Shown here: piece by piece, positions 26,089 to 38,660 of the stretch | Layout: the number at the start of each line of letters is the position of its first letter | Numbering within the stretch: the stretch's first letter is position 1 | NCBI RefSeq assembly: GCF_009914755.1 | Contig: NC_060935.1 | Strand: one strand, 5' to 3' | Length of the DNA stretch: 64,000 nucleotides | DNA from: the human T2T-CHM13v2.0 reference genome, Homo sapiens | Position numbers and translations under genes: made by a program | The notes under the pieces: model-generated | The model's database searches: none | What the model was told of the DNA's origin: nothing | Seen by the model: only the letters and a program-made list of their open reading frames with translations

Positions 26089-26425
26089 AAGGGGTCCCCA
26101 AAGTTTATCTGTGAAGGGCTTGATAACAATTCATTTTGTCTTTGCAGGCCATATGGTCTCTGCCACAGCTGCTCAACTGTGCCTTTATAGCCCTGAAGTA
26201 ACCGCGGGCGATATGCAAATGAAGGGGCAGGGGTGTGTTCCAATAAACTTTCATTTAGAGGCACTAAAATTAGATTTTTATGTGATTTTCATAAATCATG
26301 AATTATTGTTCTTCTTTTGACTTTCTTCCAATAATTTAAATATTTTTTCCAATAATTTAATTTTCTTGTAGCTACAGGGCCTTACAAAAACAGGCAGTGG
26401 GCAGATTCAGCTGGGAAACCCTGGG
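26089..26425. mobile_element. MER58B hAT-Charlie DNA transposon
   Basis: tttgcaggccatatggtctctgccacagctgctcaact...gtgttccaataaactt...acaaaaacaggcagtgggcagatt. Confidence 0.88.
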
Positions 26426-26600
26426 TTGGATGCGTCGTTTCTGCTGTGAGTGTCCAAGTCCCCTTCTGATCTCTTCTCTTTTTAGCTTTCTAAACTTATC
26501 CCAGTACTGCCTCCAGGATCTTTGGGTTTTGTGGCTTTGCATGGAAGCCCTGACTAGTTTTCGTTTTGTTCTGTTTCTCCTGTTGGAGAACAGGTGAAGA

Positions 26601-26654
26601 GGAGGTGGGGTGGGGGGGGGGGGGCGGGGTGGTGGTGGCGGTGCAGGGGAAGGG
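26601..26654 (+). repeat. G-rich tract (G13 run plus several GGG/GGGG runs)
   Basis: ggggtgggggggggggggcggggtggtggtggcggtgcaggggaaggg. Confidence 0.9.
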
Positions 26655-27824
26655 AACAGGCAAAGCTTTTTTTGTTTACAGGAGTGAAGAGAAGAGTAAC
26701 AGTGATTTATACTGCCCTACTACAAGGGTGAAGAGTTTAGACATATAGCATCTGAGGCTGCTTCTGAGGCTTTTTTTTTTCTATTACAAGAAATTTAGAT
26801 GCAATAATTTAGTTCATGAAAAAGATCATGATGAAATATGTGTGAATGAGTATAATGCATTTGAAACTTATCTATTTGTTATTGCTTTTGTATTCCTTAA
26901 AAAAACACGCAGATCCAATTGTGAAAAGACAACCAGGATTGACTGCAGTGTTATTGGGCTCTGGCTGCCTTTCAGCTTGAAGTCCTTTCTAATGAGAGCA
27001 AAGCTGAATCGGGGGTAATCACTCGCTGTCCTCAGGCACTAGTTAGCAAACCACCTCTGGTAATTTGAACGATGCAAAACATTTTTTTGTCCTACATAGC
27101 CTTATAATTACTGATCTTTTGAACCTGTCGCTTTGGAATAAATTGGGTCTTATGCAGCTGAGTCCTGTAATATTATTTTACTTGAGGGTGAAGAAGTTAA
27201 TGTATAACCTCTTTGGCTAGCACTTCAGATACTTCGAAAATGCCTTTGATATTTAATCAACATAAAAACAAAGTAAATTTTAACTGTATGTCCTTTCCTA
27301 GGAATATTTTAATCAAATAGGCTGTGACTCTTTTATTAACTTCTCTGTTTATTTGAATCCTCTCTTTTCATTTGAATGAGGTGGTGTCACAGTCGAAGGG
27401 AACATTAATAAAAACCTGATTTGCCTATTGATCTGCTTCAGGCATTAGAGAGTACATGTTGAGGTCATTTGAGAAACACGTCAAAGTTTGGCTCAAACAT
27501 CTCTTTGCACTTCATGTTGGAGGAAACAGTGCTGGATTTTGGAGGCTTGTGGGTGGGATGTACAAGTTTTGCTCATCCTTGGCTATGTGCAGTTGAGGTT
27601 GGCAGGTCTGTGGGACCCCAGTAGCAGATGGAGGAAGCCCAGAGAGTTCTGCTGTGCAGCAAGACTGGCCCAGGAAGGGCATGGACCTCACCTTGCACTC
27701 CCTTATCTGGCTTGTTCATTTCTGTATCCTGCTCTATCACAATTCTTACCATTAAGACCTTTCCTTTCATTGGCATAACATAACATATTTCTTTCTTTGT
27801 CAAAGAAAGATTGTGATTTTCATA

Positions 27825-28337
27825 AAAAATGAGATGCTTGACATACAGCCAAGCAAAAACGTGTACACAAATTTCATAGCAGCGTTACTCACAGTAGCTG
27901 AGAAATGGAAATCAAACAAATGTTCATCAACTAATGAATGGACAAATCAAAGATATATATATTCGTACATTGAATATCATTATTCAGGCATAAAAAGGAA
28001 TGAAGTACAGATATCTTGCTACATGGATAAATGTTGAAAACATTATGCTAAGTGAAAGAAGCCAGATAAAAATGACCACATAGTGTATGATTCCATTTAT
28101 ATGAGATGTCCATAATAGGCTACTCTACAGACAAGAAGTAATATATTAATTGTTGCCAGAAGCTAGGCAGGGAGAATAGGGAGTGGCTGCTAAGAGGTGT
28201 GTTATGGGATGATGAAAATGTTCTAAAATTAGTGGCGCTGGTTGCCCAACTCTGTGAATATATTAAAAGCCACTAATCTTTAAAAGGCTGAATCATTTGA
28301 GAGATGTGTATTCTATTTCAGTAAAGCTGTTATAAAA
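27825..28337 (+). mobile_element. L1M (L1MB/ME-type) 3' end
   Basis: aaatgttcatcaactaatgaatgg...aaacattatgctaagtgaaagaagccaga...gatgaaaatgttctaaaattag...gtaaagctgtt. Confidence 0.9.
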
Positions 28338-29557
28338 TGATGAGTTTGAAAAATAGAAAAATTATGTTAATATCGTTTTGTCATCACCAAAAACTAATTA
28401 GTTTTTTGTATAACCAGTTACACAATTTGTGACATATATTTTAAAATAATTCATTTATTTACTTTTTATTTGACTAATTGGTATAGTAGTCAACTACCAA
28501 ACAAATATTATCTGAAAAAAAACAAGTCCTGTCTTATGGATGAAATATTAAGTTTATTATTCAGCATATTGTGATTTCAGTAATTTCTAAATATTACCAG
28601 GTCTCATTTATGTGATGAGTACGTTGTGGTGGCAAAGTACTCAAATGTGAAAGAAAATATTTGGTTAGAGATCCGAATTCTTTTTTTCTATAACAACAAA
28701 CATCTTAACTCAGTAAACTTCTGAGTTCGTGGCATTATGGTTCAAAATATAGCCAACACAGTTTGTGGTTTGTATACATTTTCCTTTCTGGGGAGTCTAA
28801 CAGTTGATGACATAAAATGGGCAGTTTCGTGAGACATCCTACATAGGGTGGCTCTTGTATTTGCTGAAGAAGAAGATAAAAAACAGTTGAGTTGTCTCCC
28901 ATCTTGATTTTCCTTTATTGTGACAGCTGAAGATAAAAAGTCCATTATATACCAAATATTATCATCTGGTATATCTGCTTCCACTAAGACAAAACAAAGA
29001 TCAGGTGGCCTATAAGATTTCTTCAGCCAAAACACAAACGGACATTGTGGTTTCAGATAAACTGAACCGTGGCTCTTGGAATGGGAAGAATGCTCTCTAG
29101 GCCCACTAAGGGGGTTATTATAGGAGCAGCAGCAGTTGTTTGTGGCAGGAGAAATTATTCAGAAGATTGCTATTTCTGCAATTCTGGGATGCTCCAGCTG
29201 CATAGGTTGGAACTGATAATACCAAGTCAGTAGCCCATCTGTTTCTAAAAAAGCCCAGAGAGAAATGTAAAAATGGCAGTCAGAACAGAGGCAGTTATGT
29301 GGTGTGGACTAAGACACACAGTCAACAGTTGCTTGTGGTCTCTCCTCCTCGATTTTCTAAGTGATGGAATTGGAATCGGAATTTTATCTATTTGTTTCAC
29401 ACAATGATTTCTGTTACAATATTTGCAACTTTCAATTCAGTTTAGTGAATATTTAATGATGAAGATGAGGATTAAGAATAGGATTACATCTTGAAAAGAG
29501 ACTGGATGGCTTCAACCATTTAAGCTCAGACCAGTAGAAGACAGAAATACTTGGGAG

Positions 29558-29800
29558 AGTGTGGTTATATGGTGTAGTTGAGAAAGTTTGGGTTTTAAAG
29601 TTAGAAATACTGGGGTTCTTGTTCCTGCTCTACCTCTTCCTAGCTGTGTGCTTGTAGGCAAGACACTTAACATCTCTGTATAGTCTCTGAAGGTTCTCAA
29701 GGGGTTGAAATACTAATTTTATTAGGTGATGAGAATTAAATGAAATAATATGTGCAAAGCGCCAGGCTTTTCGAGTAAGTATTCCATAAATGCTTTTGAG
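29558..29800 (+). mobile_element. MIR SINE
   Basis: tggtgtagttga...ctagctgtgtg...ggcaagacacttaacatctctg...gagaattaaatgaaataat. Confidence 0.75.
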
Positions 29801-29848
29801 ATTTAACATGAAGAAAGAAAAGACTACTACTGGAAATGTTATGCCCCT

Positions 29849-30207
29849 CGTATTATCCCTTTTCATGCTGGTGATAAAGACATACCTGAGACTGGGTACT
29901 TTATAAAGAAAAAGATTTAACGGAGTCACAGTTCTAAGTGTCTGGGGAGACCTCACAATCATGGTGGAAGGGGAAAGGCATTTCTTATGTGCTGACAGGC
30001 AAGAGAGAGAATGAGAACCAAGAGAAAGGGGTTTCCCCTTATAAAACCATCAGATCTCGTGAGACTTTCATTACCACGAGGACAGTATGGAGGAAACGGC
30101 CCCCACAATTCAATTATCTCCCACTGGGTCCCTCCCACAATATGTGGGAATTATGGGAGCTACAATTAAAGATGAGATTTGGGTGGGGACACAGCCAAAC
30201 CATATTA
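29849..30207 (-). mobile_element. THE1 (THE1B/C) MaLR solo LTR
   Basis: gataaagacatacctgagactggg...ataaaaccatcagatctcgtgaga...gatgagatttgggtggggacacagccaaaccata; 5-bp TSD cccct at 29844-29848 and 30208-30212. Confidence 0.95.
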
Positions 30208-31101
30208 CCCCTAGTGTTGACCAAATGGCATAAATTAAGGGAGTGTAGTCCTCTGCAGTAATTCTAGGACATAACCCAGCAGAAGTCCACAAGCAAACTG
30301 CAACTTCTGTGTTATTAAACCTGCATTATCCTTTTGTCAGAGATTATTATTGTTAACTCCTAGGTCAAGTTAGAATTTCCTGGAAATTTTATGGTCATTT
30401 GGAGATAAGTTCCCCCAAGCTCCTTAGCAGTTAGAAAATGGGTTGTATTCCTTGAGTCAATTGAAGATGAATTAAACCAACGTTGCCCATAAGTCCCCAA
30501 ATTTTAATATTGGACTTTAAAGATTAACTTATAGGAATTTGGCTCTGGCTTGAGGAATTTTTTTTATGGACCCTAGTGTATGCATAACTTTTAATAATAC
30601 AAGCCTTAATATTTTCATCTGTAAAATGGGCTTAATTTACCTTGTGTGAGGGCGAGGTAAGCAAAGGCATGCAAAGCCACACATCAGGAAATCAGTGAAT
30701 GTTAATTATCTCTGAGCAGGGTGCTGGAGTGTGCTGTATCTTTGTTCTCCTAACTTTTAAATTTTTGAAACTTTGAAAAAGACAAGAGATGCCAAATTAG
30801 AATGAATATTGTTCAAAGCTCTCTGACTTTCGGGTAATTGCTTTCCCAGATTTAGAGAGGAAGATACCTCTCCATACTTGATTTGCATATTCTTTCTTGA
30901 CTAATCTCTTATGCAGATTGTTTAATTGATTAAAATGTGTAAGTTAGCTGTGATTCCTGAGAAGACTAGGGTATTGGTGTCTGGACAAAAAGTTCTTTGT
31001 TAACCTGAAAGCATATGGCAGACATATCCTTTCTTCATATGCTCATAAATCCCAATCTAAGCACTTTGTACTATCTGAAATAAGTTTCTTCTTTAACTTG
31101 A

Positions 31102-31789
<688 letters not shown>

Positions 31790-31909
31790 TCAGGAATTGG
31801 AGATTAGAATATTGCCAAAGACATATTCCTGAGTCATGTATTCTGGCCTGTGCAGCTAGTGCTATGTGATGAGAGCAAAAATTGATGATTGTATTAAAAT
31901 GGAATCAAA

Positions 31910-32260
31910 TATTCATTTATTTCATTCTGAAAATGTATATTAATCCCCAATTTTGGACAAAGTGCTATCTAAGCTAGGCACTGGGGACAGGGAGATTACA
32001 CATAAGAATTGTCCATGGGCTGTGCTTTCAAGGAACTGTTTGTTTTGTTGTTCAGAGAAGATGTATATAAATAATGAATCCAAGGTAGAAAAGAGAAAAT
32101 TACTGTTTCTAGTGCAGGGAAACTGGGAAGAACTTGATGAAAAAGTGACTTTTGTGCTGCATCTTGAATGGGGAGGTGTGATCTTGAATGTGGATCTTGA
32201 ATGTGGAGATGATGAGCTTTTTAGTCAAAGGGACCATCTCATGCTGTTCCGGAGGCATCA
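31910..32260 (-). mobile_element. L2 LINE fragment
   Basis: attcatttatttcattc...ctaggcactggggaca...ttcaaggaac...gtgacttttgtgctgcatcttgaa. Confidence 0.55.
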
Positions 32261-32337
32261 GATAGTGTGGACCTGATGTTTGGGAGATCATTCCTTGGCC
32301 CCTGAGATTTCTCAGTAATGTATGATCCGTGAACATT

Positions 32338-32414
32338 TTACATACATACATATATACATACATATATACATGCATACATATACAGGGAGATATACATGAA
32401 TGTGTGTATATATG
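32338..32414. repeat. (TA/CA)-rich low-complexity microsatellite
   Basis: tacatacatacatatatacatacatatatacatgcatacatata. Confidence 0.85.
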
Positions 32415-33231
32415 AATTAACTGTAATTCATATGTGGTTGTAATTTGTTTTTTGGCCAAAGTGCATGGAGCTAATAGTCATGTTTTTAATATATGTATAT
32501 ATTTGGCCAAAGATGGCAGGCATATTTTTAATTCAGTTGCCATTTATTATAAAAATCCTGGATCAGTTCAGTGAATTATGAACTTGTCTCAAGGATGAGG
32601 ATTAGATGTTCTATTTTAATCAAAACATTTGGGAGCTTCCCAGCAGAGACAGATAGACTTACTCACTTCCTGGCATGTATTATGGCCTTGGGAAGATAAA
32701 GGTGGATCATATTTGTTTTTTCATAAACTCATTTCACCCCAGAATCTCTGACAACTGAAAACCTGGCAGAGATGAACATCTATGATTGCTTGGCCTCTTT
32801 ATGCACTGATCTTAAATGTTATGCTCTGGTTTAAATTTGGCTAGCTTTATAATTGATTATCCTCATCTCCCCTAAATTCATGCCCTATTGTGGTATGAAT
32901 AAAGGTTATAGGGTTTGGGTCATTCATATAGGGGGAGAGGAGAGTTAGACAAATACAAATGTATATTTTCACTAAAGGATCGCTGGGTTCTAAATAGTAA
33001 GAAAATATTGATTAAAGTTATAAGGGTGGCTGGTGTTTACTATTAATATTCCCAAGGTAATGATTTCACTGAGAAATCATAACAAAACACTAAGAACTTT
33101 ATTGTGAAGAAGCAGAAGTTTTAAATTTTCTAAAACGAAATGTCTTGAATTTAGTTTTGAGATTTAAAAGTAAGCTTGTGGCCTGGTTCCATGCCCCTGA
33201 CATCACTTCCCTCTGCCTATAGAGGCAGAGA

Positions 33232-33270
33232 GTCCTTTCCTATTGGGATAGGTCCTTTCCTATTGGGATA
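33232..33270. repeat. Perfect 19-bp tandem duplication
   Basis: gtcctttcctattgggata at 33232-33250 and 33252-33270. Confidence 0.95.
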
Positions 33271-33309
33271 CCTCCCAAAGCCTCAGTAATGGTAGTACTA
33301 AGAATAGCC

Positions 33310-33510
33310 AAATAAATAATATACACAATTCTAGTGCTAAATTTTACCAGGTCCCAGTGACCTAATGCACATCCTCATCTAATCCCTATAATGACTTTGC
33401 GAGATGGGCACTATTTTAACCCCTAGTTTAAATATGAGGACATCGAATCTAAAAGATGATAAATAACCTGCCCAGTGTCACACAACTCATAGCACAGCTG
33501 GGAGGTTTGC
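33310..33510 (-). mobile_element. MIR SINE
   Basis: ctcatctaatccctataatgac...aatatgagga...aaataacctgcccagtgtcacacaact. Confidence 0.65.
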
Positions 33511-33804
33511 CTTGCTGTAGCTGATTGTCCATTACCTTTCAAGGTTTGGGTGAAGTAATATTCCACAATTTAAATATCATACACAGCATTTGTGTGTGAT
33601 ATTTAAACAAAGCATTTGTTTTCATCTGTGCTTTCATGGCTTTATCTACTTCCATAATGGCCTGTCACAATTAATTAAATTTTTACCTTTGTTTTTCTAA
33701 ATTGCAAAAGTAATTATGTTTGTAGTAAAAAATTAGAAAATATAGATGAGCAAGATAACAAGAATAAAGAAATCATCATGATCTATAATCCCTATTCTAG
33801 GAAA

Positions 33805-34092
33805 AAAAAAGTGCTAATCAAAAGAATATTTACTGTCTGATTCCGTATGTATGATGTTTGAGAATAAGCAATACTACAAGGAAAGAAAACAGATCAGCAG
33901 CGTCAGGACCTGGGGTGGGAGGTCTGGACCACAGGAGGACACACAGGAACTGTTTTAGAGTAATGGAAGCGTTCTGTATCTTGATTGTCGTGTGGTTATA
34001 TGACTGTATACATTTGTTGAAACTCAGGATTGTATACAAAATAGGGAATTTTACTGTATGTAAATTATTCCTCAGTAAACGTGACTGAAAAT
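33805..34092 (+). mobile_element. L1ME-type 3' end, nested in an older AT-rich L1ME relic (~33680-34300)
   Basis: tactgtctgattcc...gttctgtatcttgattgt...tatacatttgttgaaactca...ttttactgtatgtaaattattcctcagtaaa. Confidence 0.8.
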
Positions 34093-35239
34093 ATAAGCCG
34101 ATGTTAACACCTTGTTGTGTATCCCTCCACACATTTTTCTATGAATATCCATTACAAATATGTATCACATATATATATGTCTTTAAAAGAGAGACTCTGT
34201 CTTGTAACCTATTTTTTCACTCAAAAATGTATCAAAAGCATTTCTGATCAGTAATCATTCATCTCTATCATTAAAAATGAGCATGATTATTTGAATAAAC
34301 GTATTCATTATTCAAATTAGCTGTTGTCTGGATTTTCTCATCGCAGATCTTATTTTTAAGCTTTATTGGCACATGTTTACTATGCGAAAAAGAAAATCTT
34401 TCTCCCAGAACATGGTTGCTTTAACTGAAAAATAATGAAGGTGGTCGGTTGCCTAAGGTAATGTCTTTGTGAACATTCTGTCTGTTGTTAGCCTGCTAGT
34501 GATTAGGTAGCTGAAGACTCCTTTTCAGTACATTTTCTTTGACCTTGAATTAGATGTAGGGCTAAGGCAGGACCAACCTGTGTAAGTGAGCAGTCACAAG
34601 AAGTTCTTTTTACCTGATGTTAGTCTTTTGTAATCTCACTTTTAAAAACAAACTTCTCTTTCTTATGTTTTGCCAGTGGAAATATTTACCATTCGAAACT
34701 TACTCTTTGGGAGTCTAATGAATGTTATTTCCTTTAAAAGGCACAATAAATATTTTCCTTCTGACCTCTAAAAGTAGATGGCAGAAAATAAAATTGATTG
34801 TTTTCCTCATAAATTTGAATAGACATATTACCTCTGTTTCAAAAATGACATCAGCTAGATGACTTCCCAGGCTAATGACAGTTTTCCTGCCAGACAGAAC
34901 ACTTGATTTACCATTGTCATGAAGTCACCGTGCCACCGTGTTTCCCATTCCCATTGCATGCTTGAAGAATTGTGATACTTAAGGTTTCCTATAATGAAAA
35001 ATAAGAAAAAACTGGACAGGGCTCATTGTTCACCATTATGTAGAGAAAGATCTCTCCACAGCAAACATTATGAGAGTGTCTTCATTGGTCTTGCTGAACG
35101 TGGCCAGCCTTCTCTGTTCCCCACCCTGTTAACACATTCTCTGCCTCTTCTATGTGGATTTTTTTTAAGTACATATTAGTTTCATGAAGGTCTTTCTGCC
35201 TGGAGAAGTGGAATCCCCCAACTTTTGGAAAGCCTTTTA

Positions 35240-35556
<317 letters not shown>

Positions 35557-38254
35557 TAAAGTCTGCATGAGTCCAATTAGCTACCGTGTTTCATATCTTT
35601 TCTGTATCTAAAATTGTTATCCTCTGACCTAGTAGAAAGGGTCTAAACCTCTGCTTTCTTTTTAGATAAACCCATAGATTATTTTGGGGGGTGGTTGTGA
35701 GGTTTTTTTGCAAATTAGATGATCAGTAAGTCCCTAGCGCCATAGACTGGGCCAGATGCACTGGGCAATGTAAAGAAATAAGCAATGTCCTGCCCTATAG
35801 GAACTTGCCATTGTTCATTTGAATTTGTTGACTTTGTTTCTCTCTGGAATTATATATAATTTCCTGTTTGCTATGATCCTTACCTTAAAATAAACCTGCA
35901 GTATTATCCCATTCACTCCTTGGAATGTTCTGATTTATGACTATTCAGCAGTTCTGTCCCATCAATAGGCTCTCAGGAATGTCCTAAATTGGCAATCTGT
36001 GGACTGGTGGGTTCCATCTAGAGCCTGATAGGGTGGAACCACTAGACAAATGGAGAGTGTCTTTTGTTGTCGTTGCTTGTTTCAGCATCCCTGGAAGGAT
36101 AATTTACTTTCCAAAGCTTCATTAGCTAAATGAAACTCAAGTCTTGCCTCTTTAGTTTAAGACAGGTTCTTTTAAAAAAAAAAAAATCTTGATGTGTCTT
36201 AGATAGATATTCTCTTGGATTATCTTCCCTTTTACATGATACAGGGCTTTAAAATCAACCTTGTGTTTGACACGATCAATGGATGGAGATCCAGGAAGAG
36301 GACTGGTGCTTTAGGATTTCACTTCACATTGCTGTCCTCTGCAGAGCCTTCTCTTCCAGTTGACATGCTGAGGGACTTGGAAAGGGCTAACAATCTGCTT
36401 TTAAACTAGCGATGTATTCTGATGCCCAGTGCTTCAAGCTGTTTCCCTTTTTAGGCTTAAGTTTGCCTGGAGAGGAAAGTGGAGACCTTGAATATTAAAC
36501 TCTTTTTGCCTTGTGTGATTTGATGGTGGTTTTGTGGAGAATTATTTGTCCTTAGGTGGACTCTCAGCCCAGTTTGGAATGAAGTCATCATAGCCACTTG
36601 TGCCAGGCCCCAAACAACCCATATAGCTGATCTTTTCCCCGGAGTCAGAGACACAAATAGAACTGTTTCAGAGCATTGCAGAGGGGAACTCTAGAGAGGT
36701 TTGGCCGTGGCCACTCTCCTTTCTGCTTTTAAGATGAGGTGCATTGTGCTTGGACTGACTCCACATTGGTAACCAGGAGACAAGCAGCTCTAGAAGATGT
36801 TGCTCCTAGGGCATGGGGCTTCTCTGCCTAAGAAGCCTTAGGACATTTAAGCAGCAGGAAAAGAAAGGTCTGTTTTGGCTTTATCTAGCCATGTCACTGA
36901 GTATAATGACCCCACGATTTCTTCTTCTTCACATTCATTTTGATGCCAATTCTTTTTTGCTGTGCTTGGGGATTTTTGTTTTTCCTCTTCAGGCACTTCC
37001 CAGGGTTCTGCACAAGTGTCCTCTGCAGTGGGGTGGCATCCCTGCTCCCTCTGGTGGAAGGCCTGAGCCACAGTGCTCTGAGAGCACCTCACTCACTGCA
37101 GTGAAGCAAAAAATCCTGCCTAGCCTGTGTGGCGCAGCTTTCTATTTTGCAGTCATAACCTTTTACTCAGCTAGTCAACAACAGGTATTCTGTGACTGCC
37201 CAAGGCTGGAGAATCAACAGTTCCTATCTCATGGAGCTTGTATTGTAGACATGCATCAAAATTTTGTATCTGAAGTGCAAATACCAGAAATATATAAATT
37301 AAGACGAGCTCTCCTCTCCCCCACTGAAAATAAAGGAAGTCTTACTCAATTCTTGGGGGGAATTGCACCCAACTCACCAATGTTTTGTAGTAGGAAATTC
37401 AAAAATTCAGAAAAGACCGTTATAAATCTTAGGTTATTTTTCAAGAGACATAACTAATAAATAGTACCTGGGGAGGCCCCTGGACAGTCAGCACCCCCCA
37501 GCTGGTAGCATCCTGGGAGCAAGGTGGCTGTGCCTTTTGAGTTCCTGAGTTGCTGTTACTTTAGCACTTTACACATTGCCCCACCAACCAGCTGAAGTGC
37601 AGAAGGAGTGCAAAAAAAGTTACTTTAACCCAGATGTCCATCATAAAACGTACAAAACAGCTTGGAAATAGGTACTGTGTCAAGGAAGCTTTATTATGAT
37701 AATATTACTAATGGAAAGACAAAAGTTGAACCAAGATATATTGCCTCCACATTCCTGGTAAAGGTTCAAAACATAAGCACAGAGTTACTAATGTGTGAGC
37801 TGTCTTTTCCCCAATTCTGTGCTAAGGAAGTGAAATTGCCATCAGTTTTAGTTTTTATAATTTCTGAGCATCCACATGAAATAGCAAGAAAGAAAATACC
37901 CTACCCTCCACCTCACTGGCAAGGGTGCCAGCAGTGTCTTTTAGATTCTGTAAGGGACACGGTGACCAGAAAGTCAGGACAAATGGATTCTACCATTAGC
38001 CAACCAACAAAATGAATTTTCAGATTGTTCTAGACATGAGAACAAAAGATCAGAGAAGCCACAACAATGAGATACCTGTTACACATGTATTCTTGGATCT
38101 CCTTCTTCCACTCTGTGGATGCTCTGAAGGAGGCTTTATTTACATGCACTAGTCGAGAAACAGTTTTTGTTGAAAACAGATAACAGTTACGAGAATCTGG
38201 CCAAGCTTAGACTCACAGATTCTGCCCAGCTAAATGGTGGGATGTCTCTTTCTT

Positions 38255-38328
38255 AGTTTTTAATTGTGGGAAAATACACATGACATAAAACTTGCCATCT
38301 TAACCATTTTTAACTGTAGAGTTTAGAA
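38255..38328 (-). mobile_element. L1M 3'-terminal fragment
   Basis: ttttaattgtgggaaaatacacatgacataaaacttgccatcttaaccatttttaa. Confidence 0.7.
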
Positions 38329-38529
38329 TATGGATCTCCTTTAAGGAGGAATTAGGCTACTAACAGAATAAAAAGTTTAATTCTTTCTCTCATAAGTTTA
38401 AACTGACTTCTCTAATTCCCAAATAGACACAGGTTTACGGCAAATACAAAAATCTAGGCTTAAGGTGACAAAGCAGAAATAGATTATGCAAAAATTCATG
38501 GGAATAATAAAGGTATTCTTGTATGTAGT

Positions 38530-38660
38530 TGATATCTGATCACCTCCTTCGCCTAAGTGGTGAGCTTTTGACAGTAAGGGCTGTCTCATACTAATTCATA
38601 TATTTGTAGCACTTAGCACAATGCGTTACTCAAAAGTACTCTAAAACTATTTGTTGCTTG
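38530..38660 (+). mobile_element. L2 3' end
   Basis: gtgagc...agggctgtctca...agcacttagcacaatg...tatttgttg. Confidence 0.6.

Noticed and set aside
29930-29955. PRDM9 hotspot motif in the THE1 LTR
   Set aside because: The - strand reads ggtctccccagacac rather than CCTCCCTAGCCAC, so the motif is degenerate.
36813-37457. Longest ORF (214 aa, +)
   Set aside because: No recognisable domain, Leu/Phe/Cys-rich composition typical of non-coding DNA, and it crosses an L2-like fragment. One ORF of this length is plausible by chance in 64 kb.
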